Source: an uncultured archaeon (GTDB lineage Archaea > Micrarchaeota > Micrarchaeia > Anstonellales > Anstonellaceae). From it: a DNA stretch of 64,000 bases. The stretch is from NCBI GenBank assembly GCA_902384555.1, contig CABMCD010000016.1:4504-68503 (forward strand), given 5' to 3'. The translations under genes and the position numbers were made by a program. Under the pieces are notes generated by a model. The model searched no databases. It saw only the letters and a program-made list of their open reading frames with translations, and was not told the DNA's origin. Below are positions 1 through 9,145 of the stretch, piece after piece; position 1 is the stretch's first letter, and the number at the start of each line of letters is the position of its first letter.

Positions 1-1
1 G

Positions 2-235
2 CTGGCGGGCCTGGGCCTGCTGGTGTTCATGCAGCTGCGCGAAATCTCCTTTGTGGAAGACATCGACGTGGCGCGCGCGGTGATGCGCGCCAGCCCCCAG
101 CGGGAGGAAAACAAGGCCCGCGCGCCGGAGCGGCCGGTTCTCTCGCCGGTGCAGATGGAAATGCAGGCCCGCCGCGACTTCGCGGCCCTGCGCATGGCCG
201 AATACGAGAACCACCGCCCGCCCAGCAGCTATTGA
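2..235 (+). CDS. 3' end of a gene entering from upstream of the window; unknown product
   Basis: Open frame from the window edge to the stop at 233-235. No recognisable motif. Confidence 0.25.
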   Translation: MAGLGLLVFMQLREISFVEDIDVARAVMRASPQREENKARAPERPVLSPVQMEMQARRDFAALRMAEYENHRPPSSY

Positions 236-1243
236 TCAAGACTCGTTTTGGGCCAGCAATCTTCGCGCCAGCGCAAGCGCTTGGGGCAGCTTTTCGCCCC
301 GCGGCCCGCCGGCCCCGGCCGCGGCCGGATGCCCGCCGCCGGTGCCCCCCAAAAACCGGCCCCCCGCATTCATGAGGGCCGGCAAGTCGATGGACGAGGA
401 GAGGCCGGGCCGGATTCTCGCCGATATGCGGGCCCCCTTTTTGTCGGCCGTTCCGGCAAAGGCGGCATCCGCCCCCGCGCCGACCAGGGCCTCGGCCACG
501 TGCGATTCGTGGGACGAGACTTCGGCACAGGCGACCAGCCACTCGCGCTGCACGTTCCAGGAAACTTGGCGCAGGCCCTCCAGCACGGCTGCGCGGCTTT
601 GCAGGCTGGGCGGATGGCGCAGCTGGCTGCGGATTTCCTCGTAACTTCCGTCCGCGCGCTCGAGCAGCGCGGCGAGGCTGCGCAGGGTGCGCGGGCCGGC
701 GCGGACCAGATGGGCGGAGTCGGAGAGCAGGCCCCAAATCAGGAAACGCGCGGCGTCCGGAGCGGGCCTTGCGATGAGCGCGGCCACCAGCTCGCTGCAG
801 GAGGCGGCCTCGGGCTCCACCCACTCGTGGCGGGCGCGGCGCGAGCCGGACGAGACGGCATGGTGGTCGATGAGCAGGAGGATTTTGGATTTGGAGGACA
901 GCTGCGGCAGGAGGCCGGGGTCGTTGCAGTCCAGCAGGATGAGGGGGGCGGCCGGGAACTGTGAGCGCGCGGTCGAGAACGGGGGCATCCAGGCCATCTG
1001 CGGGCCCAGCAGGCGGCGAGCCTCGGAATTGGCGCGGTCGGGCAGGGCGAAGACGGCCTGCGGTCCGAGGAAGCGGGCCAGGGCGAGGCCGGAAGCGACG
1101 GCGTCGGTGTCGGCAAGGGAATGGCTGGTGATGAGCACGCGGCCGCCGGCCAGTTTTTCCAGCGCGGCGCGCACGGAAGCGGGCGGAACCCAGCCGGATT
1201 CCGTTTTGCGGGATTTTGTTTTTTCCTTCGGGGCGCGGGCCAT
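236..1243 (-). CDS. DHH/DHHA1-family phosphoesterase (NrnA/RecJ-like)
   Basis: DHH motif LLIDHH and DHHA1 motif GGTGGGH are present. The ATG at 1243 lies about 25 nt from the palindromic TATA GATTTAAAC (1263-1272). The longer ORF to 1288 starts on a non-ATG codon. Confidence 0.7.
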   Translation of the reverse strand: MARAPKEKTKSRKTESGWVPPASVRAALEKLAGGRVLITSHSLADTDAVASGLALARFLGPQAVFALPDRANSEARRLLGPQMAWMPPFSTARSQFPAAPLILLDCNDPGLLPQLSSKSKILLLIDHHAVSSGSRRARHEWVEPEAASCSELVAALIARPAPDAARFLIWGLLSDSAHLVRAGPRTLRSLAALLERADGSYEEIRSQLRHPPSLQSRAAVLEGLRQVSWNVQREWLVACAEVSSHESHVAEALVGAGADAAFAGTADKKGARISARIRPGLSSSIDLPALMNAGGRFLGGTGGGHPAAAGAGGPRGEKLPQALALARRLLAQNES

Positions 1244-1262
1244 CGGCAAAGCCCACGCGCGG

Positions 1263-1272
1263 GTTTGATTTA
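1263..1272. promoter_or_regulatory. Palindromic TATA box (GATTTAAAC) between the divergent DHH gene and pilin operon I
   Basis: AT-rich octamer in a GC-rich spacer. It is about 25 nt upstream of the minus-strand ATG at 1243 and about 55 nt upstream of the plus-strand ATG at 1327. Confidence 0.4.
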
Positions 1273-1326
1273 AACCTATCCGGCCCACCCGTCGCGCTCT
1301 TAAACCTCCTCGCGCCAGTCCGAAAC

Positions 1327-1722
1327 ATGCGGGGCCAATCCAGCACCGAATACGTCCTGTCCATCATCGGGCTGATGCTCATCCTCGTGGCGCTCTATGA
1401 GGTGTCCAGCAGCATGAACGCGCGCCTGCTGGCGCTCTCCTCGCAAATCGAGGGCGAGCGGGCGGCGGCGCAGCTGGGCCGCTCGCTGGACGCGCTGGAC
1501 TCGATGGGCCCGTCCAGCCACACGGTCGTGAGGCTTTACACCTTCCCCCAGCAGAGCCTGACGCTGGGGGGCGCCCTCATCATCTCGCGCTCGTCCGACA
1601 ACCTCACCGCCTCGTTTTTGGAGCATTTGTCCAACGTCAGCTCCACCAGCCTCGTCGGGCAGCAGACGGCGGACGTGACCTGCAATTCCAGCGGCATGTT
1701 CGTGACGGGGAGAGGTGCGTGA
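1327..1722 (+). CDS. Type IV pilin-like protein with class III signal peptide
   Basis: N-terminus MRGQSSTEYVLSIIGLMLILVAL: basic residue, G then Q, then a hydrophobic helix (DUF361 / class III signal pattern). The ORF-track start at 1216 is a TTG; the ATG is at 1327. Confidence 0.6.
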   Translation: MRGQSSTEYVLSIIGLMLILVALYEVSSSMNARLLALSSQIEGERAAAQLGRSLDALDSMGPSSHTVVRLYTFPQQSLTLGGALIISRSSDNLTASFLEHLSNVSSTSLVGQQTADVTCNSSGMFVTGRGA

Positions 1723-2281
1723 GATGGTGAAAGCGCCGCACCGCCCGAACCGCCCGCGCCGGGGCCAAATCGTCATCAGCGACCTCATCGTGTCCTTGGG
1801 CCTCTTCGTGGTGCTGGTGGTGGTGGCCTACCAGGCCTGGAACCAGCAAATCAGCGACGTGGGGGACTGGCGGGCGCAGGCCAATGCGCAGGAGGCGCTG
1901 CGCCGCGGGCTGGACGCGCTCACCCGCACGCCCGGGCATCCCTCCAACTGGGCGGCCGCCGGCCTGAGCCCCTCGTCGGGCTCGGTGGTGAGCATGGGCG
2001 CGGCGCAAAGCGACGGGGTGCTGGAGCCCTACAAGCTGGGCCGGCTGGCCCAATACCTCGGCGGATATGGCGCGGCGGCGAACGACACGCGGGCCAAGAT
2101 GGGATTGGGCGCGTATCAGGCCGACGGGGGGGTGCGCCTGCTCAACGGCAGCAGCATCCTCAGCTTTGGAAACGCGCCGGGCGGGCGGGCCTATGTGGCC
2201 GCGACGGGACAGCGCATGGCCATGTATGACGGCCAGCCGGTGCTGGTGCGCCTGCGGATTTGGAGGAATGATTCGTCATGA
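1715..2281 (+). CDS. Type IV pilin-like protein
   Basis: N-terminus RRGQIVISDLIVSLGLFVVLVVVA. It overlaps the previous gene by 8 nt. Confidence 0.6.
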   Translation: MREMVKAPHRPNRPRRGQIVISDLIVSLGLFVVLVVVAYQAWNQQISDVGDWRAQANAQEALRRGLDALTRTPGHPSNWAAAGLSPSSGSVVSMGAAQSDGVLEPYKLGRLAQYLGGYGAAANDTRAKMGLGAYQADGGVRLLNGSSILSFGNAPGGRAYVAATGQRMAMYDGQPVLVRLRIWRNDSS

Positions 2282-2727
2282 GCGCCCCCAAATCCAGAAG
2301 CGGCGTGGTTTTTTCGGTGGAGGCCCTGCTGGCCGCACTGGTGGCCTTTGCCTTCATCCTGCTGGCCACCTCGATTACGCAGGGCGTGCGGCCGGCCGTG
2401 CCCTCGCCGCTGGGCGGCCATGCGCAGGACCTGCTGGCCGCCGGCTCGCTGGCCGGCGTGTGGACCGACCCCCTGCCGCCCGTGTCCAATGACGCGCGGG
2501 CGGTGGCGTTCATCGAGAGCCTGCCGGCCGGCTGGTGCGCGCAGGCGGAGCTGTATGCCAACAACACCAGCGTCCGCGCGCTGCAATGGATGTACGTGCG
2601 CTCCAACTGCAGCCGCACGCTGGACATGCCCATGGAGCAGCGGTGGGGCGCGCTGGTGGCGCGCAACGGGCCCAACAGCGTCAGCTACGGCTGGATTCGG
2701 CTGCAGGTGTATCCGAGAGGGGGATGA
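2278..2727 (+). CDS. Type IV pilin-like protein
   Basis: N-terminus KSRSGVVFSVEALLAALVAFAFILL. ATGA overlap with the neighbouring genes on both sides. Confidence 0.5.
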   Translation: MSAPKSRSGVVFSVEALLAALVAFAFILLATSITQGVRPAVPSPLGGHAQDLLAAGSLAGVWTDPLPPVSNDARAVAFIESLPAGWCAQAELYANNTSVRALQWMYVRSNCSRTLDMPMEQRWGALVARNGPNSVSYGWIRLQVYPRGG

Positions 2728-3677
2728 CGATGGGCGGGAACGGGGCACACCGGCGCGGCATGATATACTCGCTCTCGATATTCCTGATGCTGGGCGCGCT
2801 GGTGGCGCTGGCCGGACTGTGGCTGACGGCCGCGGACCGGCGCGAGCAGGCGCTGGGCGCGCCCACGGACGCGGAGGTGCTCAACTTCCGCCTCTCCGAG
2901 CTCAAGTGGCTCGCCCTGCAGCAGATGGGCCTCAACGCCACCCTCTCGCGCAACGGGACGGGACGGCTGATAACGGTCGGGGATGCCGGCTTCCCGCTCA
3001 CCAACAGCGCGAACGGGAGGGCGAACACGGGGGGATTGGGCCCGTGGCTGTCGGCCAACTGGCCCAACGTCACCAACGCCAGCCTGTCCATGGACTCCAG
3101 CGGCCCCGCAGCGGACGGCGTGCTGCTGCGCACGGCCAGCGGGATGGCGTACAGCCAGGACAACAGCAACGGCGCGTACGACATCACCTACCTTACGCTG
3201 GGCGGGCAGACGCCCCAATCCATCAACCTCAGCATCCGCTGCACCGCGCCGGCGGGTGCGGCCAACCTCACGTTCAGCGAGAACAGCCCCGGCCTCGGCA
3301 CCACGGTGCGCGTCCTGCGCTTTTCGAGCAGCGGCGCGTACAACGCCACCAACACCACCCATGACGCCGACAGCACCCCGTTCGGCGCGGCCTACAACAA
3401 GACCTTCTACGCCAGCTATTTGGACTCGGGGCGGAACTGGATGCAGAGCATCCACGCGGACTGGATAAACTCCGGGGGCGGATACGTGCAGGTCTGGAGC
3501 GAAATCAACTCCAGCTACCCCGGCATGAGCAAGGGACTGGTGAACTGCTCCTGGAGCGAGCGCGTGATGGTCTCCGATTCGGGCGCGGGGGAGGATCGGC
3601 TGTGGATTCCGATTCCAATCGCCATCGCGTACGGGGACGCGAACTATTCGGGCAACCTGACGCTGGCGCGGGATTAG
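2724..3677 (+). CDS. Pilin-like secreted glycoprotein (many N-glycosylation sequons)
   Basis: Internal ATG at 2724 gives N-terminus MTMGGNGAHRRGMIYSLSIFLMLGALVALAGL. At least 10 N-x-S/T sequons. ATGA overlap with the upstream gene. Confidence 0.55.
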   Translation: MTMGGNGAHRRGMIYSLSIFLMLGALVALAGLWLTAADRREQALGAPTDAEVLNFRLSELKWLALQQMGLNATLSRNGTGRLITVGDAGFPLTNSANGRANTGGLGPWLSANWPNVTNASLSMDSSGPAADGVLLRTASGMAYSQDNSNGAYDITYLTLGGQTPQSINLSIRCTAPAGAANLTFSENSPGLGTTVRVLRFSSSGAYNATNTTHDADSTPFGAAYNKTFYASYLDSGRNWMQSIHADWINSGGGYVQVWSEINSSYPGMSKGLVNCSWSERVMVSDSGAGEDRLWIPIPIAIAYGDANYSGNLTLARD

Positions 3678-3719
3678 AAGAAACGAATTTCCGGCCCGGG
3701 CGCGCCCAGCAACCTTTAA

Positions 3720-5489
3720 ATGCTCCTCTTCGATGCAGCAGACGTGCTCGTCACCAAAATCGACCAGTTCATCCAGCTGGTGCAGCAGGGCAAGCGGCCC
3801 AACCTCGACCAGGTGGCCATCGCCCTGCACATGACGCCCCCCACCGCCGAGCTTCTGGCCTCCACCATGGAGCAGGCCGGCGTGGTGCAGGTGGACTACC
3901 CGCTCAACGTGATGGAGAAGCCGCAGGTGGTCTTCGTCGCCCTGCCCCCCGAGCCCAAGAAGGGGGCGGAAGAGGAGCAGCCGATGGGGCGCATGATTGA
4001 CACCTACACCTTCAAGGCCGACAACGTGCCGGCCACGGTGGAAATCCGCGACACCGGGCGCGAGCGGCTCTACCGCGTGTCGCTCGTCGAGCTGTCCATT
4101 CCCACCCGCCTCTTCCTCGACCAGGTGAAGGAGGGGCTGGTGAAGCTGGTGCCGGCCGTGGATTCCGACGTGTCGGACGTGGAGAAAGTGCTGGCCTTGC
4201 GCAAGAACTTCAATGAGACCATAAAGAAAAGCCTGCTCAAGTACGAGCTGGGAACCGAAACGACCGACATGCTCTCGGGCCTTTTGCTGCACATCATGTT
4301 CGGCCTGGGCGAGCTGGACCTGCTCAACCGCGACGACTGGCTGGAGGAAATCACCGTCAACAACGCCAAGACGCCGATTGGCGTCTATCACCGCAAGTAC
4401 GGCTGGCTCAAGACCAACGTCTTCATGCCGGACGAGAACGCCATCTTCAACTATTCCAGCCAGATTGCCCGGCGCGTGGGCCGGCAGATTGCGACGCTCA
4501 CGCCCATCCTCGACGCGCGCCTGGAGATGGGCGACCGTGTCTGCGCCACGCTGATGCCCATCAGCTCGCACGGCAACACCATCACCATCCGGCGTTTCGC
4601 CCGCGTGCCCTGGACGATTATCAACCTCATCAACGAGCAGGGCCACACCATGAATCTGGAGATGGCGGCCATGCTCTGGCAGGCCTTCCACTACGAAATG
4701 AACATGATGGTGGTGGGCGGCACGGCGTCGGGAAAGACGTCGGCCCTCAACGCCCTCGCGGCGTTCGTGCCGCCAAATCAGCGCCTCATCACCATTGAGG
4801 ACACGCGCGAGCTGACGCTGCCCAAGCACCAGTGGAACTGGATTCCGCTGCTCACCCGCCTGCCCAACCCGGAGGGGCAGGGCGAAGTGACGATGCTCGA
4901 CTGCATCGTGGCCTCCCTGCGCATGAGGCCCGACCGCATCTTTGTGGGAGAAATCAGGCGGCAGCGCGAGGCCGAGGTGGCGTTCGAGGCCATGCACACC
5001 GGCCACTCGGTGTATTCCACGCTCCACGCCGATACGGCCGCGCAGGCCCTGCGGCGCATGACCAGCCCCCCCATCGACCTGCCGGGCGCCGACATCGACA
5101 GCCTGCATTTGCTGGTGGTCCAGTTCCGCGACCGGCGGCGCAACCTGCGCCGCACGCTGGAGATTGCCGAGGTCAGCGAGGCCACCGACGACGGGCACGT
5201 GTCGGCCAACGTGGTGTGGCGCTGGCGGCCGCGCACCGACTCCTGGGAGAAAATCGCCGAGCCGGCCCGCTTCAACAAGGAGCTGAACCTGCACACCGGC
5301 ATGACCAAGGACAAAATCGCCGAGGACAACAAGAAGCGGCAGACCATCCTCAACTGGATGGTGAAAAACAAAATCACCGACATCGACGCGGTGGGCAACA
5401 TCTTCTCGCTCTATTACGCCAACCCCGAAGAGGTTTATGACATTGCCCGGCGCAACCTGGAAGTGCCGGCCGATGCGGAACGGCGGTGA
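3720..5489 (+). CDS. Type IV pilus/archaellum-type assembly ATPase (FlaI/PilB/TadA superfamily)
   Basis: Walker A GGTASGKTS, Walker B-like LITIEDTRE, His box HTGHSVYSTLHA. Confidence 0.85.
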   Translation: MLLFDAADVLVTKIDQFIQLVQQGKRPNLDQVAIALHMTPPTAELLASTMEQAGVVQVDYPLNVMEKPQVVFVALPPEPKKGAEEEQPMGRMIDTYTFKADNVPATVEIRDTGRERLYRVSLVELSIPTRLFLDQVKEGLVKLVPAVDSDVSDVEKVLALRKNFNETIKKSLLKYELGTETTDMLSGLLLHIMFGLGELDLLNRDDWLEEITVNNAKTPIGVYHRKYGWLKTNVFMPDENAIFNYSSQIARRVGRQIATLTPILDARLEMGDRVCATLMPISSHGNTITIRRFARVPWTIINLINEQGHTMNLEMAAMLWQAFHYEMNMMVVGGTASGKTSALNALAAFVPPNQRLITIEDTRELTLPKHQWNWIPLLTRLPNPEGQGEVTMLDCIVASLRMRPDRIFVGEIRRQREAEVAFEAMHTGHSVYSTLHADTAAQALRRMTSPPIDLPGADIDSLHLLVVQFRDRRRNLRRTLEIAEVSEATDDGHVSANVVWRWRPRTDSWEKIAEPARFNKELNLHTGMTKDKIAEDNKKRQTILNWMVKNKITDIDAVGNIFSLYYANPEEVYDIARRNLEVPADAERR

Positions 5490-5495
5490 TGGGCC

Positions 5496-6383
5496 ATGGT
5501 CCGCGTCGCCCTGATGCTCATCCCCCTCTCGCTTGGGGAGAAGCTGGCCGCCCGCTACCGCGGCGTCTCCACCCGCCTGGCGGCCGTCTACCCGGGCCTG
5601 CGCTACGACCTTATCAACGCCCAGATTCCGGTGGGGCCGGAGAGCTATGCCTTCTGCGCCGGGCTTTCGGCCGCGATTTGGGCGGTGCTGGCCGCCATCT
5701 TCGTGCTGGTGGTGGTCAAGGTCCGCGGCATCGGCGGGCCGCTGATGGTGCTGGGCCCGCTGCTGGGCTTTTTGCTGGTCTGGATCATTTTCTTCCTGCT
5801 GCACATCCGCTACCCCAAACTGCTGTCCAACTCGGTGGCCGAGAAAATCGACCGCGGCCTGCTGTTCGCCACCCGCGACATGCTGATTCAAATCTCATCC
5901 GGCATCCCCCTCTTCGGGGCCATGGCCAACGTGGCGGACGGGGATTACGGGCAGGTGTCGCTGGAGTTCCGCAAGGTGGTCAACGAGGTGCGCTCCGGCA
6001 CCGCGCTCTCCACCGCGCTGGAGAACATGGCCGTGAGCAGCCAGAGCAAGTATTTGAAAAAGACCGTGTGGCAGCTCATCACCGCCATGCGCTCGGGCGC
6101 GAACCTGACCACCGCGCTCAAAGGCATCATCAAGCTGCTGGTGGACAACCAGCTGCGCTCGGTCAAGGCCTATAACGCCGAGCTGAATTTCATCGTGCTC
6201 ATCTACCTCATGGTGGCGGCCGTGCTGCCCACCATCGGCACCACGGTGCTGGTCATCTTCTCGGTGTTCGGCGTGCTGGGCGTGACGCCGGAAATCTACA
6301 CCGGCCTGGTGGCCAGCGGCATGTTCGTGCAGTGCCTCATCATCGGATACGTGAACATGAGAAGGCCCAGATTGTACGAGTGA
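5496..6383 (+). CDS. Polytopic membrane protein with a single T2SS-F domain (TadC/FlaJ/EpdJ-like platform protein)
   Basis: Multiple TM helices. It sits directly after the ATPase. Confidence 0.6.
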   Translation: MVRVALMLIPLSLGEKLAARYRGVSTRLAAVYPGLRYDLINAQIPVGPESYAFCAGLSAAIWAVLAAIFVLVVVKVRGIGGPLMVLGPLLGFLLVWIIFFLLHIRYPKLLSNSVAEKIDRGLLFATRDMLIQISSGIPLFGAMANVADGDYGQVSLEFRKVVNEVRSGTALSTALENMAVSSQSKYLKKTVWQLITAMRSGANLTTALKGIIKLLVDNQLRSVKAYNAELNFIVLIYLMVAAVLPTIGTTVLVIFSVFGVLGVTPEIYTGLVASGMFVQCLIIGYVNMRRPRLYE

Positions 6384-6388
6384 GTGAT

Positions 6389-7426
6389 ATGGAAAGAATC
6401 ATCGTGCAGCGCCGTTTCATGCCCCTGGCCGAGCGGCGCGGCGGCTCCAGCCTCACCCAGCTGCTGGGATATGCCGGCATCGAGACTCCGCCGCAGATTT
6501 GGCTGGGCTCGCGCCTGCTGCTGGCCATGGGCATCGCCCTCTTCTCCACGGCCGTGCCGCCGCTGATGGCCTATCTGCTGGACGGCGACATCGGCTTCGG
6601 CGCGCCGGGCAGCTTCAACGTCGCCTACCTCATCGGCTTCATGCTCTTCTCCGGCGTGCTGGCATTTTTGGCCGTGCTGGTGCTGATGTACCTGCACCTC
6701 TACTACCTCATCCATGACCGCGTGAGGCGCGTGGAGGAGGTCCTGCCGGACTTCCTGCTGATGGTGGCGGCCCAGATGCACGCCGGCCTCACCCCGTTCG
6801 CCGCCTTCAACGCCTCGGCGCGGCCGGAGTTCGGGCCGCTGGAGCGCGAAATCAAGGTCATCACCGCCCGCGCGGTGGGCACCGAGTCCTTCACCGACGC
6901 GCTGCTCGCGCTGGCCGACCACGTGGATTCGCCGGTGCTGCGGCGCACCATCTCCTTCTTCGAGAACGGGCTGCGCTCGGGCGGCAAGCTGGCGAATCTG
7001 CTGGAAACCGCGGCCGAGGAAATCCGCGACTTGGACGAGCTGCGCAAGGAGACGGTGCTCAACACCAAAACCTATACCATCTTCCTCATCTTCATCCTGG
7101 TGGGCGGCCTGCCGCTGCTGCTGGGCATCTCGACCGAATTTTTGGGCATCTTCAACAAGCTGCAGTCGCAGGTGAATACGGACGCCACCAAGATGATGGG
7201 CAACATGCTGGCGCCCTCGCTCAACCTCTCGGCCGAATTCGTGGGCCAGATGGCCGTGGTCATCATCGTGGGCACCGCCCTGTTCGTCTCCGTCTTCATC
7301 GGCGTGATATCGGAAGGGAAGGTGCTCTTCGGGCTCAAATACTGGCCGCCGCTGGCCATCATGGCCTACCTGTTCTATCTGGGCGTGCAGACCATGCTGC
7401 ACGGATTTCTGGGCATCTTCGCATAG
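6389..7426 (+). CDS. Second T2SS-F domain membrane protein (TadB/TadC- or EpdK-like)
   Basis: Paralogous architecture to the previous gene. The ATG at 6389 is 5 nt after the previous stop. Confidence 0.6.
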   Translation: MERIIVQRRFMPLAERRGGSSLTQLLGYAGIETPPQIWLGSRLLLAMGIALFSTAVPPLMAYLLDGDIGFGAPGSFNVAYLIGFMLFSGVLAFLAVLVLMYLHLYYLIHDRVRRVEEVLPDFLLMVAAQMHAGLTPFAAFNASARPEFGPLEREIKVITARAVGTESFTDALLALADHVDSPVLRRTISFFENGLRSGGKLANLLETAAEEIRDLDELRKETVLNTKTYTIFLIFILVGGLPLLLGISTEFLGIFNKLQSQVNTDATKMMGNMLAPSLNLSAEFVGQMAVVIIVGTALFVSVFIGVISEGKVLFGLKYWPPLAIMAYLFYLGVQTMLHGFLGIFA

Positions 7427-7465
7427 CGCGAGCCGGATGGGGAGAGAAAGAAGAAGCGGAGAGCG

Positions 7466-7518
7466 GGCGCGCCTTCGAGGCGCGCAAAAAGCCCGGTTAT
7501 TTTTCTTTTCTTTTTTCC
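7466..7518 (+). terminator. GC hairpin GGCGCGCC-TTCGA-GGCGCGC followed by a T-rich tract
   Basis: Seven-bp perfect GC stem, 5-nt loop, then AAAAAGCCCGGTTATTTTTCTTTTCTTTTTTCC. It lies after the last gene of pilus operon I. Confidence 0.5.
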
Positions 7519-7742
7519 TACTGCAGGGCTTGGACGACGGCCTGGGCCTGCTGCTCGTTTCCGGCCTCGGTAAAGTGCATGGCGAGGCGGTCCCAGTCCG
7601 CCGGCGCCAAATCCCAGGAGGCCAGGTTGTTGAGCAGGCTCTTGAGCTGCATGAATTCGGCCTGCGCCTTGGCGCTGACGGGCGCGGAAACCGGGGCTTG
7701 GGGCGCATGGACGGCCGCGGAGGCCGGGGCGGCGGGAGGCAT
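7518..7742 (-). CDS. Possible small protein (74 aa), hypothetical
   Basis: The ATG is about 24 nt from the TTTAAATA element. The C-terminal half is non-repetitive and helical-looking; the N-terminal half is Ala/Pro-rich and could be a GC artefact. Confidence 0.25.
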   Translation of the reverse strand: MPPAAPASAAVHAPQAPVSAPVSAKAQAEFMQLKSLLNNLASWDLAPADWDRLAMHFTEAGNEQQAQAVVQALQ

Positions 7743-7765
7743 GAGGGGGAGAGACGGGCAACGTT

Positions 7766-7773
7766 TAAATAGC
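7766..7773. promoter_or_regulatory. TATA-like element TTTAAATA shared by the small minus-strand ORF and the TPR gene
   Basis: It is about 24 nt from both the minus-strand ATG at 7742 and the plus-strand ATG at 7794. Confidence 0.3.
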
Positions 7774-7793
7774 TGGCCGGGGGAGGGGGAAGC

Positions 7794-8336
7794 ATGACCA
7801 ACGAGATGGAGGACCAGATGATAGCCAAGACGCAGGGCTATCTGGACGCGAACAAGACCAAGGAGGCCAAGCAGACGGCGGACGAGCTGGTGGAGTCCGA
7901 CCCGAAAGACGCGATTGTGTGGTATCTGCAGGGCAAGGTGCATTACGCGGCCGGCGAATACGACGAGGCGCTCACCGCACTGTCGAAGGCCGCGACCATT
8001 CAGAACGACCATCCCGACATCTGGCTGGTGATGGGCTACACCCTCATCGCGCAGCGAAGGTATGAGGAAGCGCAGCAGTCGCTGGAATACGTGAAGGGCG
8101 TCAAGCCCTCCAGCGTGGAGGCTTCGTGCGCGCTGGGCATTTTGCACGCCATTCTGGGCCATGCGCCGCAGGCCAGGCAATACATGCAGGAGGCGCTGGC
8201 GCTCAACAAGGGCGGGGCGTGCGCCATGCTGGAGAACTTCGAGAAGCAGTTTGTTTCGCAAAGCCCGCAGATTGAGGCCGGAACCAAAGAGCTGGTCAAG
8301 AATTTGATTGACAAGGCCAGACTGGGCAAAGGATAG
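7794..8336 (+). CDS. TPR-repeat protein
   Basis: Repeated W/Y-L-x-G-x-A-x-Y pattern (WYLQGKVHYAAGEYDEA..., IWLVMGYTLIAQRRYEEA...). No signal peptide. Confidence 0.55.
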   Translation: MTNEMEDQMIAKTQGYLDANKTKEAKQTADELVESDPKDAIVWYLQGKVHYAAGEYDEALTALSKAATIQNDHPDIWLVMGYTLIAQRRYEEAQQSLEYVKGVKPSSVEASCALGILHAILGHAPQARQYMQEALALNKGGACAMLENFEKQFVSQSPQIEAGTKELVKNLIDKARLGKG

Positions 8337-8350
8337 AACGCGCTACACGC

Positions 8351-9145
8351 TTACTTCGCTTTCGTCTTCTTCCCGGCGCCGATGTTGAACACGCTCCAGT
8401 CGAGGCGCTTGTTTTTCTCCAATTGCGAGAGGATGTCGGCCATCACCTGCGCTTTCACTTTTTCGTATTTCTCCCGCCCGACTTCGACGTTTCCAATCGC
8501 GTAGCGCAGGCCCTTGGCGTTGAAGCAGAACATGCAGTTCTCCAGATTCTCGCAGTTGTGGCAGAAGAGGCAGTCCGAGCAGGAATTGGAGTGGCTCACC
8601 TCGAAGCAGCGCGACAGCTCGACGGAGTGGTAGCACTTGAGGCACGACTTGCAGGAGAAGGCGAAGTCGCAGCCGAAGCACATCTCCGAATTGCGGGGCC
8701 AGAAGGAGTAGGCGCAGTATTTGGCGTGCCCGTACCAGGTGCCCTTGTAGCAGTGGCTGGACCAGAAATACACGCCGCAGTCATGGACTTCGATGTTTGT
8801 GCCGAATTTCACGTCCGGGGAGTAGAGCTTGATTGGGGCCAGAAGCGAATGGGCCGCCTGCAGGCTGAGCTGGCCTATTTCCCCCTCGCCAAGCATCTTC
8901 CGGCCCTCCTGTTCGGATTCCTCAAGCGTGACGGCCTTTTTGCCCGGAGCGGTGTAATAGTCGAAATCGGGAACATACATCACCGTGCCGCTTTTGGCTG
9001 ATTTCAGCTGCACCGGTTTGTGGGTGTGCTCAAAAAGCCATTTTTCATATTGTTCGTGCGCGCCCAGCGCCTTGCCCAGCACGGCTTTTGTCACGCTGGC
9101 GAACGATTTCTCGATTTCTTGGTCAGGGCAGCCCATGTTAATCAC
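8351..9145 (-). CDS. Cysteine-rich protein of unknown function (paralog B)
   Basis: About 26 Cys, clustered as CxxCxxC and CxxCxxCxxC. C-terminal motif ENLENCMFCFNAKGLRYAIGN is shared with the upstream paralog. No signal peptide or TM helix. Confidence 0.6.
   Translation of the reverse strand: MINMGCPDQEIEKSFASVTKAVLGKALGAHEQYEKWLFEHTHKPVQLKSAKSGTVMYVPDFDYYTAPGKKAVTLEESEQEGRKMLGEGEIGQLSLQAAHSLLAPIKLYSPDVKFGTNIEVHDCGVYFWSSHCYKGTWYGHAKYCAYSFWPRNSEMCFGCDFAFSCKSCLKCYHSVELSRCFEVSHSNSCSDCLFCHNCENLENCMFCFNAKGLRYAIGNVEVGREKYEKVKAQVMADILSQLEKNKRLDWSVFNIGAGKKTKAK

Noticed and set aside
27-1382. 451-aa minus-strand ORF overlapping the DHH gene in another frame
   Set aside because: Extremely Arg/Pro/Ala-rich with no domain. 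The DHH/DHHA1 frame carries clear catalytic motifs.
2685-5891. 1068-aa minus-strand ORF antisense to the pilus ATPase and TadC gene. Similar very long antisense ORFs: 19418-21736, 46170-48116, 48193-50826, 36638-38737, 13312-14736, 55649-57235, 62056-63837, 28522-30096.
   Set aside because: Typical high-GC artefacts. Arg/Ala/Gly/His/Pro-dominated translations with no motifs, lying exactly opposite genes with strong homology. The stop-poor antisense frame is expected at 65% GC.
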